61,596 nt of DNA. Origin: a virus. Its lineage: Duplodnaviria > Caudoviricetes. The DNA is taken from the IMG/VR virus record IMGVR_UViG_3300044858_001325, positions 1 through 61,596 of that record, one strand, 5' to 3'. Position 1 is the first letter of the stretch, and each line of letters opens with the position of its first letter. A program made the translations under genes and the position numbers. This document shows, one piece after another, positions 9,998 through 19,306 of this stretch. The notes under the pieces are model-generated. The model was not told the origin of the DNA. It did no database searches and saw only the letters and a program-made list of their open reading frames with translations.

Positions 9998-10171
9998 ATG
10001 GCCGACAAGTGGATCCAATCCGCCATCAAGAAGCCTGGGGCCTTGCGGGCTTCGCTGGGCGTCAAGAAGGGGGAGAAGATCCCTGCCAAGAAACTGGAGG
10101 CAGCGGCCAAGAAACCCGGCAAGATGGGCCAGCGGGCTCGTCTTGCCCAAACCCTCAAGGGGATGAAATGA
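9998..10171 (+). CDS. Small basic 57-aa protein, absent from the ORF track
   Basis: AAGGAGG RBS; MADKWIQSAIKKPGALRASLG...RARLAQTLKGMK. Confidence 0.75.
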   Translation: MADKWIQSAIKKPGALRASLGVKKGEKIPAKKLEAAAKKPGKMGQRARLAQTLKGMK

Positions 10172-10386
10172 TCACCACCATTGAGGCGCATGAGCGTGAG
10201 GGGGCCATAGAGCCCCGTCACATTGTTGAGATTTTGTGCCCGGCCTGTGATCGGGACGTTGACGCCAATGAGCTGGCCAACATGAAGTGCAATGACTGTG
10301 GACAAGACCTGTCAGAGCCCAAGCAGAACGTAGCGATTCACGCCACGACTGTCCCGGCAGCCGGAGGCTTAACTATGGGTGACTGA
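10168..10386 (+). CDS. Small Zn-finger protein
   Basis: ATGA overlap; CPAC...CNDC. Confidence 0.65.
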   Translation: MITTIEAHEREGAIEPRHIVEILCPACDRDVDANELANMKCNDCGQDLSEPKQNVAIHATTVPAAGGLTMGD

Positions 10387-10387
10387 T

Positions 10388-10804
10388 ATGACCAATACCG
10401 ATGAAATTGCCATGCTCAAGGCCCAGGCGCGCGCGGAGATCCAGCGCCTTGAGGCCCAGTCCCCAGCCAAGGAAGTCGCTGGCAAAGCTATTGGCAAACA
10501 TGGCCTTGCCTATATCACAGCGATTGTTTTGGTCGGTGTTATAGCCAGCCTATTCCTTGAGGAGTCCAAAATCGCTGCGGTGATCGGGCTGGTTAGCGCG
10601 GCCTTGACCGCTTTGATTGCCATGCTCAACGGCATTGCCGGGGCCAACCCAAAGCAGGAAAAACCAGAGTTTGAGGTCATGAAGCAGTTGATCGACAAAC
10701 TCGACAAGCTCGACAGACAAGAGCAGCCCATGCGGGTTGAAGTAGAAGGCGACAGGGTGACGGTGCGTAAGGGTGACGATGTGGTCACCGCGAAGAAGGA
10801 GTGA
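10388..10804 (+). CDS. Two-TM membrane protein (holin/antiholin candidate)
   Basis: Two hydrophobic helices; lies upstream of the endolysin. Confidence 0.55.
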   Translation: MTNTDEIAMLKAQARAEIQRLEAQSPAKEVAGKAIGKHGLAYITAIVLVGVIASLFLEESKIAAVIGLVSAALTALIAMLNGIAGANPKQEKPEFEVMKQLIDKLDKLDRQEQPMRVEVEGDRVTVRKGDDVVTAKKE

Positions 10805-10806
10805 GC

Positions 10807-11307
10807 ATGGACTGGCTAAAACAGATTGCTCCTACCGTAGCCACTGCGCTGGGTGGCCCTCTTGCTGGGATGGCTGTGTCTGCCATTTCCAAAGCCATAG
10901 GTGTAGATGAGGACAAGGTAACTGACATCATCTCCAGCAACAAGCTCACGGCAGATCAAGTAGCCCAGATCAAGATTGCAGAGATTGAGCTTGCTAAGCA
11001 GGCGCAGGAGCTTGGTCTGAACTTTGAAAAACTGGCAGTCGATGACCGCAAGAGCGCCCGCGAGATGCAGGCGGTGACCCGTTCGTGGGTTCCTCCCTTG
11101 CTGGCCGCCTCGGTGACCCTCGGATTTTTCGCCATCCTTGGCGGCATGATGTTCGGTCAGATGTCCGTGGCTGACAACACGGCGCTCACCATGATGCTTG
11201 GCTCTTTGGGCACGGCCTGGACTGGAATCATTGCCTACTACTTCGGCTCGTCTGCTGGCTCTCAGGCCAAGACTGATCTGCTCTCTAAAGCACCGCCCGT
11301 CAAATAA
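10807..11307 (+). CDS. Holin-like membrane protein
   Basis: DRKSAREMQ, two C-terminal TM helices, YYFGSS; adjacent to the endolysin. Confidence 0.65.
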   Translation: MDWLKQIAPTVATALGGPLAGMAVSAISKAIGVDEDKVTDIISSNKLTADQVAQIKIAEIELAKQAQELGLNFEKLAVDDRKSAREMQAVTRSWVPPLLAASVTLGFFAILGGMMFGQMSVADNTALTMMLGSLGTAWTGIIAYYFGSSAGSQAKTDLLSKAPPVK

Positions 11308-11316
11308 GGAGTCTCC

Positions 11317-11772
11317 ATGCCATTCCAACTTTCTCAGCGTAGTCTCGACAAACTGGTGGGCGTTCGCCCAGAATTGGTTGAGGTGGTCAAGCGTGCCATC
11401 GAGATCACCACTGTTGACTTCGGTGTCACCGAGGGGCTGCGTACCAAAGAACGTCAAATCGAACTCTTTGAAAAGGGCGCATCTCAGATTCGTGAAGGTG
11501 GTACGCACGTCGATGGGCGTGCTGTAGACCTGATGGCTTACCTTGGTGACCGTGGCAGTTGGGAACTCAACCTGTACGACAACATTGCTGATGCGGTGAA
11601 ACAGGCGGCAATCGAGAAGAATGTCGCCATCCGTTGGGGCGCGGCGTGGAACGTGCCTGACATTCGGATGTGGCGAGGCACGATGGAAGAAGCCATGAAC
11701 TTCTACATCGACGAGCGCCGCAAGCAGAACCGGCGCCCTTTCATTGATGGGCCGCATTTTGAGATGGTTTAA
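11317..11772 (+). CDS. Endolysin, M15 family L-Ala-D-Glu peptidase-like
   Basis: EGLRT..RQ, H..GRAVD, WG..W and DGPHFE Zn-peptidase motifs. Confidence 0.85.
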   Translation: MPFQLSQRSLDKLVGVRPELVEVVKRAIEITTVDFGVTEGLRTKERQIELFEKGASQIREGGTHVDGRAVDLMAYLGDRGSWELNLYDNIADAVKQAAIEKNVAIRWGAAWNVPDIRMWRGTMEEAMNFYIDERRKQNRRPFIDGPHFEMV

Positions 11773-11774
11773 AC

Positions 11775-13697
11775 ATGGCCTTCATCAAGCTCCAGTTTCG
11801 CCCAGGGGTCAACCGCGACCAGACCAACTACACCAATGAGGGTGGTTGGTTTGCGTGCGACAAGATTCGCTTTCGCTCGGGCTACCCGCAGAAGCTGGGC
11901 GGCTGGATGCAGGCCACGTCACAGATCTTTCTGGGGGTGTGCCGCCAGATGTTTGGCTGGATCACCAGCTTTGAGGACAACTTTGTTGCCCTGGGCACCA
12001 GCAAGAAGGTCTACATCAACGTCGGATCGCAGTTTTACGACATCACGCCACTGAGGGAAACGACAGCGCCTGGAGCGGTGACTTTTTCCGCAGTCACCAC
12101 GGCCCCGTTCAGTTCGATCATCACGGTGACGGACGTTGCGGCCAACGTGGATGTCGGCGACTTTGTGACGTTTAGCGGCGCGGTCAGCCTGGGCGGCAAC
12201 ATCACAGCGGCGGTGCTCAATCAGGAGTATGAGGTCTACCAGTCTCTGACGGCCAACACCTACACCATCATTGCCAAAAGTTCGACCACCGGCCTGCCAG
12301 TTACCAGCAACGCATCTGATGTTGGCGACGGCGGCGCCGCAGTGGTTGGCGCATACCAAATCCCGATTGGGTACGACACGACAACCTACGGCTACGGCTG
12401 GGGCGCTGGATCTTGGGGTTCGTCGCCTTGGGGTCTTGGCGCCTCGTCCCCGATTGTTCTTCAGCAGAGAGATTGGTTCTTCGACAACTTCGACAACGAT
12501 CTTGTGATGAACATCCGGGATGGAGAAATCTACTACTGGGTGCGCGGCCAGAAGAACGACATCAACGTGCAGTTGGCCACTCGGGCGGTGCTGCTGTCCT
12601 CGTTGGCTGGCGCGGAGAATGTGCCGGTGCAGGCCATGCAGATTTTGGTGTCGCAGAACGACAAGCACCTGCTGGCCTTTGGCTGCACGCCGTTTGGATC
12701 CAGTTCAACGGCTGATTTTGACCCTCTGCTGATTCGTTGGGCGGCTCAGGATGCGCCAGAGTTTTGGACGCCTGGGACGGCCATCGTGCCATCGACGGGC
12801 AACCTGAGCAGTGCGGGCTTCATCCGCGTGTCTCGCGGCTCCAGCATCGTTCGCGCCCTGCCAACCAGACAGACCATTTTGGTTTGGACAAACTCGCACC
12901 TGTTCTCGTTGCAGTACACCGGCACCACGGAGGTCTTCAACCTTCAGGAAATGGCCGACAACATTTCAATCATGTCGCCGCGTGCGGTTGCGTCTGCCAA
13001 CAACGTGACGTACTGGATGGGGACGGACAAGTTCTACGGGTTTGCTGGAGCGGTGGAAACGCTGCCTTGCACGCTGCGCAACCATGTCTTCAACAACCTG
13101 AACTACAACCAGAAGAATCAAGTCATCGCGGGAACCAATGAGGGCTTCCATGAGATCTGGTGGTTCTACCCCAGCCTCAATTCCGAGCAGGTTGACTCCT
13201 ATGTGGCCTACAACTACTTGGAGCGGATCTGGTTCTACGGCACCCTAGATCGCACCGCATGGCTGGATAGCCCACTACGGACTTATCCGCAGGCCGTTGG
13301 GTACGACAACATTCTCATGGATCACGAAAAGGGCGTGGATGCAGACACCCTCCCGATGGAGGCTTACATCCAGTCGTCTGACTTTGACTTGGCCGATGGC
13401 GACCAGTTCATGCTCACGCGCCGGATCATCCCCGACGTGAATTTTGAGGGATCCACTGCAACCACGCCGGAGCTGGACTTCCTGATCAAGCCGCGCAACT
13501 TCCCCGGCTCGACCTATCAGGCCGACAGCTTTGACACCCAGGCTGTGGTGCAGTCATCCGTGAACGTCTACACCGACCAGATCTGGATCCGCGCTCGGGC
13601 CCGCCAGATGGCCTTGAAGATCCAGTCGCAGGACTTGGGCGTCAATTGGCAGCTTGGATCCCCGCGCCTTGATGCACGCGCAGATGGAAAGAGGTAG
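11775..13697 (+). CDS. Tail tubular B / DNA-stabilisation (P22 gp10-like) protein
   Basis: 640 aa, beta-propeller-like; position before the ejection genes. Confidence 0.65.
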   Translation: MAFIKLQFRPGVNRDQTNYTNEGGWFACDKIRFRSGYPQKLGGWMQATSQIFLGVCRQMFGWITSFEDNFVALGTSKKVYINVGSQFYDITPLRETTAPGAVTFSAVTTAPFSSIITVTDVAANVDVGDFVTFSGAVSLGGNITAAVLNQEYEVYQSLTANTYTIIAKSSTTGLPVTSNASDVGDGGAAVVGAYQIPIGYDTTTYGYGWGAGSWGSSPWGLGASSPIVLQQRDWFFDNFDNDLVMNIRDGEIYYWVRGQKNDINVQLATRAVLLSSLAGAENVPVQAMQILVSQNDKHLLAFGCTPFGSSSTADFDPLLIRWAAQDAPEFWTPGTAIVPSTGNLSSAGFIRVSRGSSIVRALPTRQTILVWTNSHLFSLQYTGTTEVFNLQEMADNISIMSPRAVASANNVTYWMGTDKFYGFAGAVETLPCTLRNHVFNNLNYNQKNQVIAGTNEGFHEIWWFYPSLNSEQVDSYVAYNYLERIWFYGTLDRTAWLDSPLRTYPQAVGYDNILMDHEKGVDADTLPMEAYIQSSDFDLADGDQFMLTRRIIPDVNFEGSTATTPELDFLIKPRNFPGSTYQADSFDTQAVVQSSVNVYTDQIWIRARARQMALKIQSQDLGVNWQLGSPRLDARADGKR

Positions 13698-13700
13698 CGC

Positions 13701-14462
13701 ATGGCGATGCTCAAGTTCCGTGCGCCGCCTCTGCCCATCGCAGGGCCGGACTACAAGCAGGACTACTTCGCCCAACTGATCCGCGCGCTCGGCCTGTACT
13801 TCAACCAACTGGACTCCAAGACGCCAGTCCAGTGGGAAACGGTCATTGCCGACGATTTCATTGGCGGCGACTTTGCTGGGTATGGTCAGGGCATCAAGTT
13901 ACCTCACATCTCGGCATCCAGCGCCAGCGATCAACTGGCCACAGGAGACAACACGCCCACCTTGGTGACATGGGAAATTGTTGAGGCCGGGGAGGGCTTT
14001 ACGCTCAACAATGACGGCACCGCAACGGCTTTGTACCCAGGCGTCTACCAAATCAGCTTTGGGCTTCAGTTTGCCAACACGGCCAACGCTGCGCATGACG
14101 TGTATGTGTGGCTGCAAGTCGATGGCATAGATGTGCCGCGCACGGCATTCAGCTTCACGATACCGGCCCGCAAAAGCGCGGGGGTGCCGTCCTATCTGTT
14201 GGCGTACTCCAGCGCCACCTTTTCGCTGAATACCAATCAGGACATCGCGCTGTACTGGGCAACCGACAAAGCGTATGACAACTCGCCCTCCGTGGATGGC
14301 GTGTACATGGAATCCCAGCCGGTTTCCACCAGCCCATACGCCAGACCGGCGGTGCCGTCAGCAAACGGCTCAATTGTTTTTGTGTCAGCCTTGCCCACGC
14401 CTACCGTCACAGGGGTTTATGCTTCTGGGTACGTTGGTAGCGTGACTGTTTCAACCACCTAA
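13701..14462 (+). CDS. Tail-associated protein (N-terminal helix plus jelly-roll-like domain)
   Basis: GVYQISFGLQF...VYVWLQVDG; ends in one fibre-repeat copy. Confidence 0.55.
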   Translation: MAMLKFRAPPLPIAGPDYKQDYFAQLIRALGLYFNQLDSKTPVQWETVIADDFIGGDFAGYGQGIKLPHISASSASDQLATGDNTPTLVTWEIVEAGEGFTLNNDGTATALYPGVYQISFGLQFANTANAAHDVYVWLQVDGIDVPRTAFSFTIPARKSAGVPSYLLAYSSATFSLNTNQDIALYWATDKAYDNSPSVDGVYMESQPVSTSPYARPAVPSANGSIVFVSALPTPTVTGVYASGYVGSVTVSTT

Positions 14463-14482
14463 ATCAAATACAAGAGGGTCAA

Positions 14483-14773
14483 ATGAATGAAGCGCAGTTC
14501 TTGGAGTTTCTTACCGGCTTGGCCAAGATCGTCAAGCCCTTGCACCGTAACACTGTTACCGTCCCTGATTTTGATGTGGAGTTCAAGGAGATCGACATCG
14601 ACAGCTTGGACACCTTGATGATCGTGATTTACTCCTGCGAGCTTCACGGCATCTCGGAGGAGGTGGGCAAAGAGTGCAACCCCAAGAATGCGCGCGAGCT
14701 GTGGGATTTCATTTTGGCCCACAAGACGCAGGACGTGACTGACGTGGCGGCTGCTCTGGAGGCGTGCAAATGA
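14483..14773 (+). CDS. Acyl carrier protein
   Basis: Acidic, 96 aa; IDSLDTL phosphopantetheine-Ser motif. Confidence 0.85.
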   Translation: MNEAQFLEFLTGLAKIVKPLHRNTVTVPDFDVEFKEIDIDSLDTLMIVIYSCELHGISEEVGKECNPKNARELWDFILAHKTQDVTDVAAALEACK

Positions 14774-15873
14774 TCTACCTCACACACGCTCAGGCCGCCT
14801 ACAGCGAACAGACTGAGCTGCTGGACGGGTTGTATTCGCAAAGGGTGCATTGGTTCCCTGACACTTATGCGCGAGTCAAGACCGGCATGTCTTACCCTCC
14901 GCACAAGCTGACCGAGAAGGTCATCGTGCCTGAGCTGGCCGAATGGCTGCGGGCCACCCCAATGAAGACGGCCTTCATCTTGGCCGGTGGCAACCAGCAC
15001 TTTGCTGGGATCAACAAGATGGCCAAGTCGCCCTTGGTCTACGAGTACAAGTTCCTGCCGCTGACTCTCACCCAGGTCTACGCCGGGCGGATTGCCCAGC
15101 AACTGGGGGCCAACGACTTGATCCAGACGGACGCCACGGCCTGCGTGTCAAGCCTCAAGGCGTGCATGGATGTCCAGACCCTGATCAAGTTCTACGGCTT
15201 TGACCGGGTAATTGTGCTGGGGGTGGAGGATGCGGTCAGCGCCAGCGTTCTGGACTTCTTTGGGGAGTCAGGGGCCAGCTTGACCAAGGCCAAGGAGGAC
15301 GCCAGCGGCATGGTGCCATCTGCTTTTGACGACAAGAACCAAGGGTTCTACGTTGGCCAGGGCGCCGTGCTGGCGGTCTTCCACAGCCAGAGGGCCATCA
15401 ACCGCTTGAAAATGGCCCCATTGGCCCGTCTGCACAGCGCCTACACGGCCTCGGAGGACTGCTCCAATGCCATCGGCCAACGCAACGACGGGCAGGGTTA
15501 CATCAACGCCATGAAGGGCGCAATGGATCTGGCGGATCTGTCGCGCAAAGACATCCGGGTGGTAAAAACCCACGGAACGGGCACCGCCAGCAACAACGCT
15601 GCCGAACGGGCTGCGCTAGAAGCTACGCTGGAGGGGTTTATCGCAACCAGCTTTAAGCCTAAAATTGGGCATACGATGGGGGCAAGCGGGCTTCTGGAGA
15701 GCGTAATGCTCTGCGAGTCAATATCCAGAGGCGTCATCCCGGCCATTTCCAATCGCACCCAAAACGACTCGGTATTTTTGTCGCAAGACGCGAAGGCCCC
15801 AAGTGGGCTGTTCCTGAGTTTGGCGGCGGGTATGGGTAACGTCTACTCGGCTGCCATTTTTGAGGTGATGTAA
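14770..15873 (+). CDS. Beta-ketoacyl synthase (FabB/FabF-like, N-terminally shortened)
   Basis: Catalytic Cys (TACVSS), HGTGT, KIGHTMGASG; ATGA-coupled to the ACP gene. Confidence 0.9.
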   Translation: MIYLTHAQAAYSEQTELLDGLYSQRVHWFPDTYARVKTGMSYPPHKLTEKVIVPELAEWLRATPMKTAFILAGGNQHFAGINKMAKSPLVYEYKFLPLTLTQVYAGRIAQQLGANDLIQTDATACVSSLKACMDVQTLIKFYGFDRVIVLGVEDAVSASVLDFFGESGASLTKAKEDASGMVPSAFDDKNQGFYVGQGAVLAVFHSQRAINRLKMAPLARLHSAYTASEDCSNAIGQRNDGQGYINAMKGAMDLADLSRKDIRVVKTHGTGTASNNAAERAALEATLEGFIATSFKPKIGHTMGASGLLESVMLCESISRGVIPAISNRTQNDSVFLSQDAKAPSGLFLSLAAGMGNVYSAAIFEVM

Positions 15874-16329
15874 ATGGCCGACATGATAGACAGCAACCAG
15901 ACGATGCTCCCAGTCAATGAGATCGTCGCCATCGCGGCTCAGAATACTGAGTCGCCCTTCCCTGTTCAGAACGTAATTGCCAGCATCAAGGCGGAGGTTG
16001 AGAGCCCAGGATCCTTGCCGATGCGTTACGGCAACACGTTATTTCTGTGCCACAAAAGCAAAAATCGCGTGGGCACTTTTAGGGCCTTGAATGCGGACAC
16101 GGCGCGCAACTTCCTTGAGAATGGGATGCGCTGGGTGGTGGCGGCGTATGACGCCGGCTTTGACTTTATGGTCACGGAGTTTTACGACAGCTCCCTCCTG
16201 AGCATCTTCAAGGCAATCTCTCGTCGTCCGCCTCGCCCCAACATGGGCTATCAAGCGCGCAAGATGAAGGACGGCAAGATGCAGGTGATCTTGCAGCTCG
16301 GCCCTAAGCGCCCAGGAGATAAAGTATGA
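15874..16329 (+). CDS. Hypothetical protein, possible GNAT-like acyltransferase
   Basis: 151 aa alpha/beta pattern; occupies the slot of T7 gp13/P22 gp14 (fold is inference). Confidence 0.45.
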   Translation: MADMIDSNQTMLPVNEIVAIAAQNTESPFPVQNVIASIKAEVESPGSLPMRYGNTLFLCHKSKNRVGTFRALNADTARNFLENGMRWVVAAYDAGFDFMVTEFYDSSLLSIFKAISRRPPRPNMGYQARKMKDGKMQVILQLGPKRPGDKV

Positions 16330-18008
16330 GCGCCGTTTTTGAAGCAGTTGGCAACCTCGTAGAAGGTGTTGCTGATGTTGTTGGCGACGCCCTTGAGTGG
16401 GTTGGCGATACCGTCACCAACGTGGTTGAGTCTGCGATGGACGACCCTCTCAAGGCAATTGCACAGGTTGCAGTGATTGCTGCAACATCAGGAGCTGGAG
16501 CGGGCGTTTTGGGCCTATCAGCTCCACTGACTGCCATGCAGGCATCTTTGGGCATGGCGGCTATTGAAGGCATTGATGTGCTGGAGGAAGGCGGAGATTT
16601 GGGTGACGTGCTTGAGGCTTCGGCCAAGAGTTTTGCCGTTTCGCAAGCCGTCAGCTTTGGCATGGACGCATTCAGTGCGGCTGGCCCAACAGGAACCACT
16701 GGCAGCGCGACTTCGCAGTTCTTTGACGATGGCAGCTCTATTCAATTTTTTGACGATGGATCAAGGCTGGTCACCGACACCGCAGGCAAAATCACTTCGT
16801 CCGCAGCCGATGAGGTATTGGGGGCCGCCGCAACAACGGCTGGCGAAACGGGGGCAACAACTTCTCCTGTGTTGGCGCCAGAAGTTACGGTAGACGTGCC
16901 GTATTTGAGAGATGATCCGTTTTTGAAAGACTCTGTTGTGTCGCCCGTTGATGTGTCTCCCGTGGAACTCATGGGCACCGAACAAGCTCCGTTTATTCAA
17001 ACGCCGCCCGGTAGCCCATACATGGAGCAAGCAGATCTGAGGGCGGCCATTGCAAAGGGTGAAGACGTTGGCGCAAGATACCGCTACGACCTTGGCAATG
17101 ATGCGGCTTCTTTTGGGTATCCGCCAAGGGGTGGAGTTGATACAGCGTACAACTCTATGGAAGATCTGTTGCTGGAAACTGGCGCCATTACAAGAGATCA
17201 GTACAACGAACTGCTCAGCACAGGGGTTGCCGTAGCTCCAGATGGAAGCATGTTGCCGGACATCTATGACAACTTGCCAGAGAGTGTTGGCAATACCGTT
17301 GCAGTAGATAGGGGTGCGGCTAAAGACATCTATGACAGCCTGCCAGAGAGTGCTGGAAACGCTGTTGCAGTGGATCCAAATGCCAAGCAGTATGGCTCGA
17401 TGGAAGATCTTCTGTATGACAAAGGCGTATTGACCGACGCCCAGTACAAAGATCTCACGGGTGTAGCTCCCGTGGTTGACAAGAGCAGTCCTGCTGGCCC
17501 GATGAGCAATGTGTCTGTCGTGGACGCGGCCAAAGATCTTGGCAGCGCGGCTGTGGATTACGCAATCGCAAACCCACTGACAACTGCTGGCGTGATTGGT
17601 GGCGGCCTGGCTTTGGCGGGCGCCGTATCGGGCGATGAATCCACTCCTGCGACCAAGCCCGGCGAAACTGCGAAAAAGACCTTCACCTACGGCGCAGCGC
17701 CGGAAATCCGCCGCACCGGTCTGGATCAGCTCTACAGCGCATCAGCAAACATTTATGGGCCCCGTGGCGCCACCGGCACTCCGGGGTCTACGCTGCCGCC
17801 GCCCGTCCAGTTCCAATCATCATTCCAGCCGTTGATTGGTGGCGCCGCTCCAGGCGCTGCACGGTTTGGACTTGGTGCGCTTGGCCAGGGCTTCAGCTAC
17901 ACCCCGATGGGGTCACCCCAAACTTTTGACATCAGTACCCTGACGCCCGAGCAGATCGTGCAAATGCAGGACGCAATGGCGCGCCGCCGTGCCGCTGGAG
18001 GAGGTTGA
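16326..18008 (+). CDS. Acidic putative ejection / internal virion protein
   Basis: Amphipathic N terminus, Gly/Ala hydrophobic stretches, internal repeats. Confidence 0.6.
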   Translation: MSAVFEAVGNLVEGVADVVGDALEWVGDTVTNVVESAMDDPLKAIAQVAVIAATSGAGAGVLGLSAPLTAMQASLGMAAIEGIDVLEEGGDLGDVLEASAKSFAVSQAVSFGMDAFSAAGPTGTTGSATSQFFDDGSSIQFFDDGSRLVTDTAGKITSSAADEVLGAAATTAGETGATTSPVLAPEVTVDVPYLRDDPFLKDSVVSPVDVSPVELMGTEQAPFIQTPPGSPYMEQADLRAAIAKGEDVGARYRYDLGNDAASFGYPPRGGVDTAYNSMEDLLLETGAITRDQYNELLSTGVAVAPDGSMLPDIYDNLPESVGNTVAVDRGAAKDIYDSLPESAGNAVAVDPNAKQYGSMEDLLYDKGVLTDAQYKDLTGVAPVVDKSSPAGPMSNVSVVDAAKDLGSAAVDYAIANPLTTAGVIGGGLALAGAVSGDESTPATKPGETAKKTFTYGAAPEIRRTGLDQLYSASANIYGPRGATGTPGSTLPPPVQFQSSFQPLIGGAAPGAARFGLGALGQGFSYTPMGSPQTFDISTLTPEQIVQMQDAMARRRAAGGG

Positions 18009-18010
18009 AC

Positions 18011-19297
18011 ATGCAAACGATTGAGCAATTCCGACAAGAGCTGGCTGAGCTGGCGTCATCACAACCGCAGCCAGCACAGGGGCTGGCATCGCAGGGGCGA
18101 GGCGGGGACTCCATGCTTGTCCATATGCGGCCCGATGAGGTGGCCGCAATGCAGGGCATGGCCCGGCAGGCCGGGACATCGATGACGATCAACCCGGTAA
18201 CAGGGTTACCCGAGGCGTTCAAGCTCAAGGATCTGTTCAACATCAACACCTACACCGACCCGATCCAGAAGGGCATGAAGTCCGCTGGTTTGGGCGGTCT
18301 GTATGACACGGTGTCGGACGCTGCCAAATGGACTGGCAAGAATGCCCAGTACATCCTGCCATTCATCCCAGGCGGCGCGTTTGCCAGCGTGGGTCTGGGT
18401 GGCTTGGCCACTCCGATGGGCAAGGGCATCTTGGGCGGCTTGGCTGGCACGTTTGCCAGTGGCCGTCCAAATCTCAAGCGCGGCCTGATGACGGGCCTGA
18501 CTTCCTACGGCCTGAGCAGCGCCTACGAAGGCTTGCAGGCCGCTGGTGGTGGCACTGGCGCGGTGGGACAGAGCTATGACTCGTTTGGCAACCCTGTGGA
18601 GGCCGGTAGCAAGGCCGCGATGAATGCCGATGTGTCTGGAACAATTGCCGAAAACGCTACGCGGCCCCTGACGGCGGAGTTTGATGCTGCCAGCCAAGGT
18701 GTCAAGAACCTGATGTCCAGCGACAAGGCGGTGTCCAAGGCCGCAGGCGAGGCATTCAAGCCGCACTTTGGCATGGGCACCGGATACGCCACGATGATGG
18801 GCATCACCGGCACAATGGATCTGGATGCACAAGAGGCTCAATTGGAGGCAGCGAGAGCAGCCGGGCAGGTTGCCGAGGCTCAGTATGCACAGATGAAAGC
18901 ACGGATTGCAGAGGCGCGCAGGCGCTCAGAAGAAGCGGTGCGAGCAAATCCCTACCGCTTTGCGATGGGTGGCGTGCCGTTGGCAATGAAGGGCTCGCCT
19001 GATGATGAGCTGAACCCATACGGCGGCATGGCCCAAGGCGGCGTGCCGAGGTTTATCGACGGCGATGGGGATGGCATGAGTGATTCCGTACCTGCCATGA
19101 TTGAAGGCCAGCAGCCAGCTCGATTGGCTGATGGTGAGTTTGTGATCCCGGCGGACGTGGTAAGTCACCTGGGCAATGGATCAACCAAGGCTGGCGCGAA
19201 GCAGTTGTACGCGATGATGGATCGTGTGCGGCAAGCTCGCACTGGCAACGAACAGCAGGGCAGAGAAATCGTACCTACCAAGTACACCCCTGCGTAA
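18011..19297 (+). CDS. Putative ejection protein with C-terminal GDGMSDS...DGEFVIPADVV domain
   Basis: GGAGG RBS; INPVTGLPE motif, Gly-rich hydrophobic segments. Confidence 0.65.
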   Translation: MQTIEQFRQELAELASSQPQPAQGLASQGRGGDSMLVHMRPDEVAAMQGMARQAGTSMTINPVTGLPEAFKLKDLFNINTYTDPIQKGMKSAGLGGLYDTVSDAAKWTGKNAQYILPFIPGGAFASVGLGGLATPMGKGILGGLAGTFASGRPNLKRGLMTGLTSYGLSSAYEGLQAAGGGTGAVGQSYDSFGNPVEAGSKAAMNADVSGTIAENATRPLTAEFDAASQGVKNLMSSDKAVSKAAGEAFKPHFGMGTGYATMMGITGTMDLDAQEAQLEAARAAGQVAEAQYAQMKARIAEARRRSEEAVRANPYRFAMGGVPLAMKGSPDDELNPYGGMAQGGVPRFIDGDGDGMSDSVPAMIEGQQPARLADGEFVIPADVVSHLGNGSTKAGAKQLYAMMDRVRQARTGNEQQGREIVPTKYTPA

Positions 19298-19306
19298 GGA
19301 GAAAAC

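Noticed and set aside
14483-15873. Host chromosomal fab or PKS fragment (contamination or prophage edge)
   Set aside because: The genes are co-oriented and translationally coupled with phage genes, with no other host genes or junction.
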